Made by a program: the position numbers and the translations under genes
The notes under the pieces: model-generated
What the model was told of the DNA's origin: nothing
The model's input: only the letters and a program-made list of their open reading frames with translations
Databases searched by the model: none
Assembly (NCBI GenBank): GCA_965248435.1
Contig: OZ252100.1
Location: forward strand, 5,152,001 to 5,216,000
Source of the DNA: Candidatus Latescibacterota bacterium
GTDB lineage: Bacteria; Latescibacterota; UBA2968; GCA-2709665
Direction: 5' to 3'
DNA length: 64,000 nucleotides
Shown here: positions 27,896-37,318 of the stretch, in pieces
Position numbering within the stretch: position 1 is the stretch's first letter
Layout: each line of letters begins with the position of its first letter

Positions 27896-29089
27896 ATGAA
27901 CACCGATCAGTCACCGTCGGCGGCGGAGTCTGAGCCGATCTCGAACTATTACCGCGCATCGGCCTTTGCTGACGCCAAACCCGAGCTTGCGGCTCCCGGG
28001 GCCACGCCAGAGAGGTTGGCTCACCTGAAGGAGCACGGTTTTGTCATCATCGCCGACTTTGTCGGCAACCCATTCATCCCCGTTCTCCGCGAGGCGGGCC
28101 GCCGTGTTACCGAAGCGTGCTCACCCGAGAATGGCTACGGCAAGATCGACTGCTCGAAGGGCTACGTGCACCGCGCGAAAGAGGACGAGCCCTGGGCGAT
28201 TCGGGGCATCATCCATCCCGCCTTCAAGGAGCCCGTCTTCGCCGAGTTCCTCGGCTCTCCGGATTTCATGAGCTTCGTGGACTCCTGGTGCGGCGGCCTC
28301 CAGCCTGAGGATCTGGTGATGATTGCAATTCTCCTGTGGTGCAATCCCCGGCGGAACGAGAATAAGCTCAGCTGGCACCGGGACGTGAAGTGGTGGGGCA
28401 CCGGGGAGCGCTCCCTTGCGCAGCAGGAGGCCCGGGACGGCCCTGAGGCCTACTCCGAGGAGGTCGAAAAGGTCCGCTGGGAGGAAATCCGCGCCGAAAA
28501 CGCTGAGGCTGTCACTGAGCGGAACGGAGTGAGCATGTTCCTGGCGCTGGTCGACGACGAGTGCCACGAACTCGTGCCTGGCAGCCACGATCGGTGGCGT
28601 ACGCCGTTTGAGCACGACGTGCTCCTCCCGCAAGCCATGAAAGACCAGGGAGTAGCGCACACTCCAGGTTGGAACGGCGTGGACCCGCTGCCAAACCAGG
28701 TCGCGATCCGGCTCAAGGCCGGGGAAGCTGTCATCCGCAGTGGAGCCACGATCCACACCGGGCACACCGTCTCTGATCGTGAGCGCAACACTTTGTCAAT
28801 CGGTTGGTCGAAGTGGACGGGGCCGTTCACCGGGGAGCCCTCGGTGGTGGACGTGCGAAGCGCGTGGCAACTCGACCCCGCCGTGCGAGCAGCTTTGCCA
28901 CACGAGTGGATGAAGACGACGTGGGACCGTTGGGCCGAAACGCAGAAACTGGGGGATACGATCGAGGACCGGTACTCGGCGTTCGATATCGCGCGTATCA
29001 AAGCTGGGGAGGTGGTGGGTCGGCGCGGAGAGTTGGAGCGCCAGGCCGCGGCGGCAGGCGAAGTGTGGAAGCCCTTCCAAACCGTGTGA
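27896..29089 (+). CDS. PhyH-family dioxygenase-like protein
   Basis: EHGFVII, WHRD, LVPGSH, LKAGE..IHTG. Confidence 0.85.
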   Translation: MNTDQSPSAAESEPISNYYRASAFADAKPELAAPGATPERLAHLKEHGFVIIADFVGNPFIPVLREAGRRVTEACSPENGYGKIDCSKGYVHRAKEDEPWAIRGIIHPAFKEPVFAEFLGSPDFMSFVDSWCGGLQPEDLVMIAILLWCNPRRNENKLSWHRDVKWWGTGERSLAQQEARDGPEAYSEEVEKVRWEEIRAENAEAVTERNGVSMFLALVDDECHELVPGSHDRWRTPFEHDVLLPQAMKDQGVAHTPGWNGVDPLPNQVAIRLKAGEAVIRSGATIHTGHTVSDRERNTLSIGWSKWTGPFTGEPSVVDVRSAWQLDPAVRAALPHEWMKTTWDRWAETQKLGDTIEDRYSAFDIARIKAGEVVGRRGELERQAAAAGEVWKPFQTV

Positions 29090-29211
29090 AGAAGGACTCG
29101 TGTTGCCCGGGATTCAAGAATTTGCCCACTCAGGGGGGTAAGGCAGATCGAGAAAACATAAAGCATACTACCTCCCGAAGCATCGAGAGTTTGACCAGTT
29201 GACCCAACCAG

Positions 29212-29967
29212 CTACCCGCGACCGATGTAGGGCATCTTGGTGGCCATGATGGTAATGAACTGGACGTTCGCATCGAGCGGGAGGCTGGCCATGTGGACGA
29301 CCGCGTTGGCGACGTGCTCGACGTCAATCGTGGCCTCCGGGACCGTCTCCCCATAGGGCTGGAGGCGGCCGCCCTCGCGGGTTTGCCGGGACCGCTCGAC
29401 GAAAGCGTTCCCAATATCGATCTGCCCGACGGCGATGCTGTATTTCCGGCCGTCGAGGGACGATGACTTCGTGAGGCCAGTGATGGCGTGCTTCGTGGAT
29501 GTGTAGGGAGCCGAGTTGGGTCGAGGCACGTGCGCGGAAACGGATCCGTTGTTTACGATACGGCCGCCCTGCGGGTCCTGATCCTTCATGATTCTGAAGG
29601 CCTGTTGCGTGCACAGGAAGGTGCCGGTCAGGTTCGTATCGACGACCGACTTCCACTGCTCATAGGTGAGATCTTCGAGGAGTACGGAAGGCGCACCGAA
29701 GCCGGCGTTGTTGAACAGGAGATCGAGACGGCCATACGTCTCGACCACCTTTCCGAAAAGAGTCTCGACCTGGGATGGATCGCCCACGTCCGTGGGAACG
29801 ACGATGCCGGATCCGCCTGCCTTCTCGATCTCGGCCACTGTTTCATCCAGGGGTTCGGGACGGCGCCCGGCGACGCCGACCGCATAGCCGGCTTTGGTCA
29901 GTGCGATCGCAGTGGATCTTCCGATACCGGATCCACCTCCTGTCACGATTGCGATTTTGTCACTCAT
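29212..29967 (-). CDS. Short-chain dehydrogenase/reductase
   Basis: [25 protein letters not shown]. Confidence 0.93.
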   Translation of the reverse strand: MSDKIAIVTGGGSGIGRSTAIALTKAGYAVGVAGRRPEPLDETVAEIEKAGGSGIVVPTDVGDPSQVETLFGKVVETYGRLDLLFNNAGFGAPSVLLEDLTYEQWKSVVDTNLTGTFLCTQQAFRIMKDQDPQGGRIVNNGSVSAHVPRPNSAPYTSTKHAITGLTKSSSLDGRKYSIAVGQIDIGNAFVERSRQTREGGRLQPYGETVPEATIDVEHVANAVVHMASLPLDANVQFITIMATKMPYIGRG

Positions 29968-29997
29968 GCGTCCTCTCCGGTGTCAAAATTCGAATTG

Positions 29998-31050
29998 CTG
30001 GATTCAATGACTAAGTGCAACACTTGGACTTGAAGACTTCAGCTGGTGTTTTGAAGTTAAGACATTTTCTTGGTCGGTTGTTGATCCGGTTCTGAATTTT
30101 CTTTAACTCGTGTTTGCTGACCTTTGAGAAGTCTGTCTTCTTGGGGAGGTATCTGCGGACCAGACCGATAGCGTTTTCCACAGCGCCTCGCTCCCAGCTG
30201 TGGAACGGTTTGCAGAAATAGGATTTGGTGCCAAGCACCTCGTTGACCCGTTGATGTTGGCCGTTTTCGGATCCGTTGTCATATGTGATGCTCTTCCTCA
30301 TGTGGGGAGGATGTCGCCCAAGGCGTCGATTAATCGCTTCGGCGACCTCCGAGGGTCCGTTCTTTGCCAGCTTAGCCAGGTGTAGGTATCTCGACGATCG
30401 CTCAAGACAAGCGCCAACGGCCTGTTTGCTCTCACGAGAGATGATGGTGTCGGATTCCCAGTGGCCAGGTTGTTTCCGTTTTTCGATGTAACGGGGACGT
30501 CGATCGATCGAAATACGGCCTGGAATGTGGCTTTCCCGGTGTTTTCGGGTATGCCACCGCGGCTTTCGTTTTTTGTGAGCTCGGGATAAGCAAGCAACCA
30601 GATCCCGCTGCTTGTGCACCTTTGGATCGTAGATATACTGGTAGATGGCTTCGTGGCTGATACCCGCGCTCGGACGCTCCTCGGGAAGCCTCCCAGCGAT
30701 CAACTCGGGAGACCATCCTTGCTTGAGTTTGGTCTCGACATATCGCCGGATAACCGGATTCTTCAGCCGTTTCCGCTTGCCGGCCTCCCGCTTACGTTTC
30801 TCAGCCCTTCTGTGAGCCTGGAGGCCCGAGTAACTCTCAGCTATCGGGGACGGATTACGTTTCAACTCTCTTGAAATCGTGCTGGCGCTCCGGTCAAGGG
30901 CCTTGGCAATATCTCTAAGGCTTGCACCAGTGGCTCGACAAAGCGCAATCTGCTCGCGTTCGTCTATCGTAAGATGCTTGTAATTGTTTCCCATACACTT
31001 AGGATAGGACAGTTGCTACCCTAAGTGTTGCACTTCCTTATTGAACTCGG
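29998..31050 (-). mobile_element. IS30-family insertion sequence
   Basis: Imperfect 30-bp terminal inverted repeats (..TTCAAT....AAGTGCAACACTT) at 29998-30027 and 31021-31050. Confidence 0.9.
30011..30994 (-). CDS. IS30-family DDE transposase
   Basis: YKHLTxxER..STISRELKRN HTH, WSPE, GHWESD, TYDNGSE, WERGxVEN, RPRKCL. Confidence 0.96.
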   Translation of the reverse strand: MGNNYKHLTIDEREQIALCRATGASLRDIAKALDRSASTISRELKRNPSPIAESYSGLQAHRRAEKRKREAGKRKRLKNPVIRRYVETKLKQGWSPELIAGRLPEERPSAGISHEAIYQYIYDPKVHKQRDLVACLSRAHKKRKPRWHTRKHRESHIPGRISIDRRPRYIEKRKQPGHWESDTIISRESKQAVGACLERSSRYLHLAKLAKNGPSEVAEAINRRLGRHPPHMRKSITYDNGSENGQHQRVNEVLGTKSYFCKPFHSWERGAVENAIGLVRRYLPKKTDFSKVSKHELKKIQNRINNRPRKCLNFKTPAEVFKSKCCT

Positions 31051-31169
31051 GATTCCGATAATCTGCTTGAGCAGCTGCTTCTGCCTTCCTCCATCTCACC
31101 CTGGTAGCAGATGCACTCCGTCGTTCGACCTGCTGTCTGCCCGTCAGGACAATGTTGGCTGATTGCATT

Positions 31170-32348
31170 TCAGTTTTTCCAACCCCCGACGAAATCCTCG
31201 ACGCCATAATCGGCAGGCATATTGTAGGGACAGAGACGCGCAGGTTCGTCTTGGAAGCCCGACACGTACTGTTCTGGTGCTGATTCCAGCTTTTCGTTGA
31301 ACGTCTGGAATCGCTGCCACAACGTCTCTGTCTCGGATGCGGTGAATCGGTCGGCGATCTCCTTGAACTGGGGCCAGGCGGAGCGCGTCCCGTTGGGATC
31401 GAATCGGATCTTCTTCGCCAGCTTTTCCAGGATGGCCACGCAGACGATCTGTTCCTCTTTTGCCGGATGGAGGGCATCCAGACCCTCCCGGAAGGCAGGT
31501 TCGTCCTTTGCGATCAGCGCCCTGTAGATAGAAGTAACTTGATCCAGTTCACGTTCGAAAAGCTCACGGGATCGCTTGAACGCGTTTCGAGACCCGGGTG
31601 ACAGGTGCCTTGTGAAATCAAGATCCCACACCCGGGTGTGGGGGTTAAGGGGATAGGCGGATCCGCCAAAGCTCCGGTAATTCGCGATCAGGGTTCGTCT
31701 CAGCTTTGAGCTGTAGTTGCTTGGCCAGTGCTGGATCAAATTCGTGTATACGACGCCGTCACCCGCCTTGAGATCCACGGGTGTGGGGAGGGGTTTGCGC
31801 AGGCTTTCCAGAAGGCAGCGTTTCTCCTCTTCGGTCATCGGCCTCCGATGGCTTCCTGGGACGACCCACAAGACGCTGTCATCGTAAAGTGCGATGTTCC
31901 ACTGGATGTTGGCGGGGCCGTTGGCCTGGAGGTCTTTCTGAAGGCCGCCGATCGGAGGCTGTTCATCCGGATGAATGTCGAAATGCCACCGATCAGGCCC
32001 GTGGTCGTGGACGGGATTGCACATCAAGTACATGAGCTTTATGGCGATGTTCCGCCCTCGCAGCAGGGCCCGGTTGACGGACATGATGTTTTCGTGGAGG
32101 AAGATCTCCACCGTCTCCGCCGTGTCCGGCTCGACGTTGTCCGCAATCGCAGGCCGGGGCAGTTGGCTGGTCTCCCAGACCCCCCCAGGGGGGTCCCCGG
32201 GCTTTCGATTTTTTGCCCAGACGACCTTCTGGCGCTCCAGAATGACTTCGAACCGGGCGCGCAGATCTTCCAGCCGGTCCAGGGGAATGACCTGAGGCAC
32301 GATCACAAAGCCGTCTTCCTTGAACTGTTTCAGAAGCTCAGATCCCAT
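31170..32348 (-). CDS. PhyH-family dioxygenase-like protein (paralog A)
   Basis: EDGFVIV, WHFDIHP, VVPGSH, LKAGDGVVY..H. Confidence 0.85.
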   Translation of the reverse strand: MGSELLKQFKEDGFVIVPQVIPLDRLEDLRARFEVILERQKVVWAKNRKPGDPPGGVWETSQLPRPAIADNVEPDTAETVEIFLHENIMSVNRALLRGRNIAIKLMYLMCNPVHDHGPDRWHFDIHPDEQPPIGGLQKDLQANGPANIQWNIALYDDSVLWVVPGSHRRPMTEEEKRCLLESLRKPLPTPVDLKAGDGVVYTNLIQHWPSNYSSKLRRTLIANYRSFGGSAYPLNPHTRVWDLDFTRHLSPGSRNAFKRSRELFERELDQVTSIYRALIAKDEPAFREGLDALHPAKEEQIVCVAILEKLAKKIRFDPNGTRSAWPQFKEIADRFTASETETLWQRFQTFNEKLESAPEQYVSGFQDEPARLCPYNMPADYGVEDFVGGWKN

Positions 32349-32460
32349 GAGGAACCCTCCCTGAATCGATGTTGCGGCAAGGCGTTTCTGCAAGTTCCTC
32401 CGTAAGATACGACAGCGCTTTCAATTTTACGATGATCATTTCAGCTGAAGCCTCGAGGTT

Positions 32461-32547
32461 GGAGAAGGGGCCGAAGAGGGGGTGCTCGAGAAGGGACGAT
32501 TTCTGAATCGCGAGTTCGTGACGGCGGGGTTGATCAGGAGAGTCTAG
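32461..32547 (+). pseudogene. 3' remnant of a YhcG-N/thermonuclease gene
   Basis: GEGAEEGVLEKGRFLNREFVTAGLIRRV* aligns ungapped with 15543-15629. Confidence 0.85.
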
Positions 32548-32589
32548 CCCTGGAGAGCAGGACGATCGCTCAGGGCGGGTCGACGTTAG

Positions 32590-32630
32590 AGGTTACGTCA
32601 TTTCACGTAGCCCCTTTTTGTTTCTTTGGG
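32590..32630 (+). repeat. tRNA-Leu-linked repeat copy 7 (degenerate terminator only)
   Basis: GGTTACGTCATTTCACGTAGCCCCTTTTTG. Confidence 0.6.
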
Positions 32631-32792
32631 TGCGGTCGATTCCGATCTGTTTCCAAGATCGGTCTTTGTGTAAATTACCACTCGGGAACGAACGAGGGTA
32701 GAGAAACCGTCACCTTTCCATCGCGGACAGTGGTCCCTGTGCAGGGACACCGCAGCTGCTATCTTGGGAAATCATCTTCAGGAGGACAGAAC

Positions 32793-33812
32793 GTGGCATC
32801 CGACATTACGACCACCGTCATCGGCAGCCTGCCCAGGCCCAAATGGCTGGTCCAGGACGACAACATCCGGCTCTGGCGGCTCAGCGGCGAGGCCCTGCAG
32901 GAGGGGAAGGACGACGCGGCCCGATTGGCCATCCGCGATCAGGAAGACGCGGGCATCGACGTGATCACCGACGGTGAACAGCGCCGCATGCACTACATCA
33001 GCCGCTTCATTTCCTCGCTGTCGGGGATAGACGCCCAGCAATCGAACTACGCCGACGTGGAGGAGGGGACCGTGAACAGGGCGGCTCCCGTCGTCATCGG
33101 CGAGGTAAAACGCGAGCACGCTTACGCGATCGAAGATCTGCGCTTTTTGAAAGCACACACCGATCGGCGAATAAAGATGACCATGCCCGGCCCGATGACC
33201 GCGATGTACTGGCTCGAAAACGAGCACTACGACAACGAGGCCGACCTGGGCATGGCGTTGGCTGCGGCGCTGAACGAGGAGATGCGGGACCTTCAGGCGG
33301 GAGGATGCGACGTCATCCAGCTGGATGAACCGCAGGCTATCGGGCGTCCTGACGCCTTTCGGGAGTGGGGACGCGCGGCGCTCGACCTCGCCTTCGAGGG
33401 GATCGAGACGACGACCTGCGTTCACTTCTGTTTCGGCTTTCGGGTTGAAGTCAGCGAAACCCCGGTAATACGGGAACCGGAGCGGATCGAAACCCTGGCC
33501 AGTCTGCTTCCCGATATCGGTTCGTGTCGGTCCCGACAGTTCGCCTTCGAATGCGCGTGCAGCCGCATCGAGCCGGAGTTCTTTTTGGGACTCCCGGATG
33601 AAAAACAGGTCCTCTTCGGTCTCCTCGACATCGGGTGCACCGTTGTCGAAGAAGCCGAGCGTATCGCAGAAAAGATCAGACACGCAGCCAATGTCCTGGG
33701 TCGGGACAGGGTGTGGGCGGCGCCCGACTGTGGACTCGTCTGGCTGTCAATGCAGACGGCCAGAGCAAAGCTCCGCGCCCTGGTGGAGGGCGCCAGGATG
33801 GCATCTCGATGA
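32793..33812 (+). CDS. Cobalamin-independent methionine synthase II-like (single-barrel MetE) protein
   Basis: GSLPRP, TDGEQRR, IQLDEP, HFC, PDCG zinc ligands. Confidence 0.9.
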   Translation: MASDITTTVIGSLPRPKWLVQDDNIRLWRLSGEALQEGKDDAARLAIRDQEDAGIDVITDGEQRRMHYISRFISSLSGIDAQQSNYADVEEGTVNRAAPVVIGEVKREHAYAIEDLRFLKAHTDRRIKMTMPGPMTAMYWLENEHYDNEADLGMALAAALNEEMRDLQAGGCDVIQLDEPQAIGRPDAFREWGRAALDLAFEGIETTTCVHFCFGFRVEVSETPVIREPERIETLASLLPDIGSCRSRQFAFECACSRIEPEFFLGLPDEKQVLFGLLDIGCTVVEEAERIAEKIRHAANVLGRDRVWAAPDCGLVWLSMQTARAKLRALVEGARMASR

Positions 33813-33843
33813 CCTGCCTTGCTTGCCTGCACTTGACTGCCCT

Positions 33844-34698
33844 ATGGAATTGAATGTCAACCGGCTGTGCCCTGCTCTAGGGGCCGAGATCACCGGTCTG
33901 AACGTCGCCCGGCCGATGAGCGACGAGCGGTTCGCCGAACTTCGCCGGATCCTGTGCGAGAACGACGGCGTAGTCGTGTTGCGCGATCAACACCTGACAC
34001 CGGATCAGCACATCACTTTCAGTCGTCGCTTCGGCGAGCTGTTCGGCGACAGGGAACAATTGCAGGATACGGTCACCAAGTACCTGCTGCCCGGCTATCC
34101 GCAAATCTTTCGGGCGTCAAACAAAGTCGTTGATGGACAGCCGCAGGGCCGGACGCGGGCAGGCAACTACTGGCATTCGGACGTGTCATTCAGACCCCAA
34201 CCGGCCATGGTATCCTTGCTTTATGCGATCGAGATTCCGCCGCTGGGTGGAGACACCCTGTTCTGCAATATGTATTCAGCCTACGAGCAGCTTTCCGAAA
34301 CCATGCAGCGGTTTCTCGGCGGTCTGCGCGCTCGGCACGATTTCGCCGTCAACACCGTTGGATTTTCTCACGAAACCATCGCACAGCAGGACCTTGCCGG
34401 CGGCAACGCGTGCGAGCATCCGGTGGTGCGCACCCACGCAGAGTCCGGGCGCAAATGCCTCTTCGTCAACCCGGGTAATACCTCCCACCTTATAGGCTTG
34501 CACCCCCAGGAGAGCAAGAGACTGTTGGATTTTCTCTACGAGCACTGCACCCGGCCCGAATTCATCTTCCGGCACCGCTGGGAAAAAGACGATCTCGTTA
34601 TCTGGGACAATCGCTGTACCATGCACTATGCGATCGTGGACTACGACGACGACCGGTATATGCACCGCACAACAGTGATCGGCGAGCGGCCGGTCTGA
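33844..34698 (+). CDS. TauD/TfdA-family 2-oxoglutarate dioxygenase
   Basis: LGAEI, WHSDVSF, GGDTLF, HPVVRTH, WDNRCTMH. Confidence 0.93.
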   Translation: MELNVNRLCPALGAEITGLNVARPMSDERFAELRRILCENDGVVVLRDQHLTPDQHITFSRRFGELFGDREQLQDTVTKYLLPGYPQIFRASNKVVDGQPQGRTRAGNYWHSDVSFRPQPAMVSLLYAIEIPPLGGDTLFCNMYSAYEQLSETMQRFLGGLRARHDFAVNTVGFSHETIAQQDLAGGNACEHPVVRTHAESGRKCLFVNPGNTSHLIGLHPQESKRLLDFLYEHCTRPEFIFRHRWEKDDLVIWDNRCTMHYAIVDYDDDRYMHRTTVIGERPV

Positions 34699-34753
34699 GC
34701 TCACGCCTCAGTGGAAAAGGGTGCATCAAGGACCTGGATTGGAACAGACCTCT

Positions 34754-35713
34754 ATGGCCGACCACAGAGTCCTGGTCACCGACCACAACATCCACCCTCA
34801 GGGCCTCGATCTCCTCGAAGCGCACGGCGTCGAACTCACCGTCCTGCAAGCCTACTCATCCCCCGAAACCGTCCTGAAGGCCGCAGCAGACGTCGATGCC
34901 ATTCTTGCCCGTGTGTCCCGCATCACGGCGGACGTCGTCCAGGCATCCCCCAACCTCAAAATCGTCTCCCGCCACGGCGTGGGCTACGACAACGTCGACG
35001 CGTGCACCCGCCTGGGCATTGCCGTCACCATTTCCGGAGACGCCAACTCCGAGGCCGTCAGCGAATATGCCTTCACCAACCTCATGGCCGTCGCCCGCAA
35101 GCTCACGCAGGCCAACGCCGAGGTAAAATCCGGCCTCTGGAACCGCGACGGCATCGTCGGTGTCGAATTTCGCAGAAAAACCCTCGGCATCATCGGCCTC
35201 GGCCGTATAGGCTCCCGCCTGGCCAAACATGCCGGGGGCTTCGACATGGACGTCCTCGTCTTTGACCCGTATGCCGATCCAGGTGTTGTAGACGAACTCG
35301 GCGCCGAGCTGGTTGACCTCAAAAACCTGCTCCAACGCGCCGACTTCATCTCCCTGCACACGCCCCTCACCGACGAGACCCGGCACCTCATCGGCAAATC
35401 CGAACTCGACCTCATGAAACCCTCCGCCATTCTGGTCAACACAGCCAGGGGCGGCCTCATCGACGAAGAGGCGCTCTACGACGCGCTGCCCGGAAACCAC
35501 CCCCTCACCCGGCTTGACAACCTCATCTGTTCCCCCCACATCGCCGGCCAGACCGCCGAATCCCTCGTAAACATGTCCATCGCTGCGGCCCAAAACATCC
35601 TCACTATCTTCCGGGGCGACCTCCCCGACGTCCTCATCAACCGTGAAGTCCTGCAAAACACGACTCGGATTTCCTGGAAGGTTGCGCTCGAAAAGGACGA
35701 ATCCGGGAGTTGA
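34754..35713 (+). pseudogene. D-isomer 2-hydroxyacid dehydrogenase with an in-frame internal deletion
   Basis: GVGYDNVD, GLGRIG, NTARG and SPHIAG present, but ALYDAL runs straight into PGNHPL with no GAxLDVxxxEP segment. Confidence 0.7.
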
Positions 35714-35766
35714 AGGCGGTGCGCTTCTGTAAAACCAGAGCCGCGTTGGGTAGTCTCTTTCCCGTT

Positions 35767-36951
35767 TCAGTTTTTCCAACCCGCGATGAAATCCTCGACG
35801 TCATAATCGGCTGGCATATCATAGGGGCAGAGGCGCGCAGGTTCGCTTTGGAAGCCCGACACGTATTGTTTCGCACCTGATTGAAGCTTTTCGTCAAGGG
35901 TCTCGAACCGCTGCCACATCGTCTCTATCTCGGAAAGGGTGAATCGGCCCGCGATTTCCTCGAACTGAGACCAGACCTGGCACGGTCCGTTGGGATCGAA
36001 TCGGATCTTCTTTGCCAGCCTCTCCAGGAGGGCTACGCAGACGATCTGTTCCTCTTTCGCCGGATGGAGGGCATCCAGACCCTCCCGGAAGGCGGGTTCG
36101 TCTCTTGCGATGAGTGCCCTGTAAGTAGAAGTCACTCGATCCAGTTCATCTTCCAGGAGTTCACGGGATCGCTTGAATGCGTTTCGAGATCCGGGTGACA
36201 GGTGCTCTGTGAAATCAAGATTCCATATCCGGGTTTGGGGATTGAGGGCATAGGCGGATCCGCCGAAGCTCCGATAATTCACGAGCAGGGTTCGTCTTAG
36301 CCTTGAGCTGTAGTCGCTTCCCCAGTGCTGGATGGTATTCGTATACACGACGCCATCGCCCGCCTTGAGATCCACCGGTGTACCGGTAGGGAGGGGTTCA
36401 CGCAGGCTTTCCAGAAGGCAGTGGTTCTCCTCATCCGTCATCGGCCTCCGGTGGCTTCCGGGGACCACCCAGAAGACACTGTCGTCGTAGAGGGCGATGT
36501 TCCACTGGACGTTGGCCGGGCCGTTGACCTGGAGGTCTTTCTGAAGGCCGCCGATCGGAGGCTGTTTGTCCGGGTGAATGTCGAAATGCCACCTGTCCGG
36601 ACCCCGGTCGCGGACGGGATTGCACATCATGTACATGATCTTTGGGGCGATGCCCTGCCCTCCCAGCAGTTCCCGATTGACGGACATGATGTTTCCGTGG
36701 AAGAAGAACTCCACCGTCTCTGCCGTGTCCGGCTCGACGACATCCTGAATCGCGGGCCGGGGCTGGACGCTGGTCTCCCAGACCCCGCCGGGGGGGTCCT
36801 CCGGCCCTCGATTCTTTGCCCAGACGACCTTCTGGCGCTCCAGACTGACTTCGAACTGAGTGCGCAGATCTTCCAACCGGTCAGGAGGAATGACCTGTGG
36901 CACGATCACAAAGCCGTCTTCTTTGAATTGCTTCAGAAGTTCGGATTCCAC
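35767..36951 (-). CDS. PhyH-family dioxygenase-like protein (paralog B)
   Basis: Collinear, highly similar to 31170-32348. Confidence 0.85.
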   Translation of the reverse strand: MESELLKQFKEDGFVIVPQVIPPDRLEDLRTQFEVSLERQKVVWAKNRGPEDPPGGVWETSVQPRPAIQDVVEPDTAETVEFFFHGNIMSVNRELLGGQGIAPKIMYMMCNPVRDRGPDRWHFDIHPDKQPPIGGLQKDLQVNGPANVQWNIALYDDSVFWVVPGSHRRPMTDEENHCLLESLREPLPTGTPVDLKAGDGVVYTNTIQHWGSDYSSRLRRTLLVNYRSFGGSAYALNPQTRIWNLDFTEHLSPGSRNAFKRSRELLEDELDRVTSTYRALIARDEPAFREGLDALHPAKEEQIVCVALLERLAKKIRFDPNGPCQVWSQFEEIAGRFTLSEIETMWQRFETLDEKLQSGAKQYVSGFQSEPARLCPYDMPADYDVEDFIAGWKN

Positions 36952-37137
36952 GGGGAACCTCCCTGAGTTGATGTTGGAACAAGGCGGATCTGCCAGTCCT
37001 TCGTAAGGTACAAAAAAGCTTTCGATTTCACGAAGATCATTTCATCGGGGAGCCCTGGACGGGGTTTGCGTAGCGTCTCGTCACTGCGGGTTGCGCAACA
37101 GATGAGGTTAGGAAAAATATCTCGAGAGGCTTTACAT

Positions 37138-37175
37138 TAATAGTGAGACACAACCGTAATAGTGAGACACAACCG
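37138..37175. repeat. Exact 19-bp tandem duplication
   Basis: TAATAGTGAGACACAACCG x2. Confidence 0.9.
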
Positions 37176-37318
37176 TGTCATTCGCATAATGCATGTGTCA
37201 CGCTGGCCGGCGACGAGCCACGCTAAGCGCCGGTCAGCTTTCGGGGGCCGGACGATCGAGGTGTTCTGCCTTAATTACCCTGACTACCTGTTGTTTTCAT
37301 CCAGGGAGGTAATGTCAA

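Noticed and set aside
32640-32790. SAM or cobalamin riboswitch upstream of the MetE-like gene
   Set aside because: Conserved cores not found by eye
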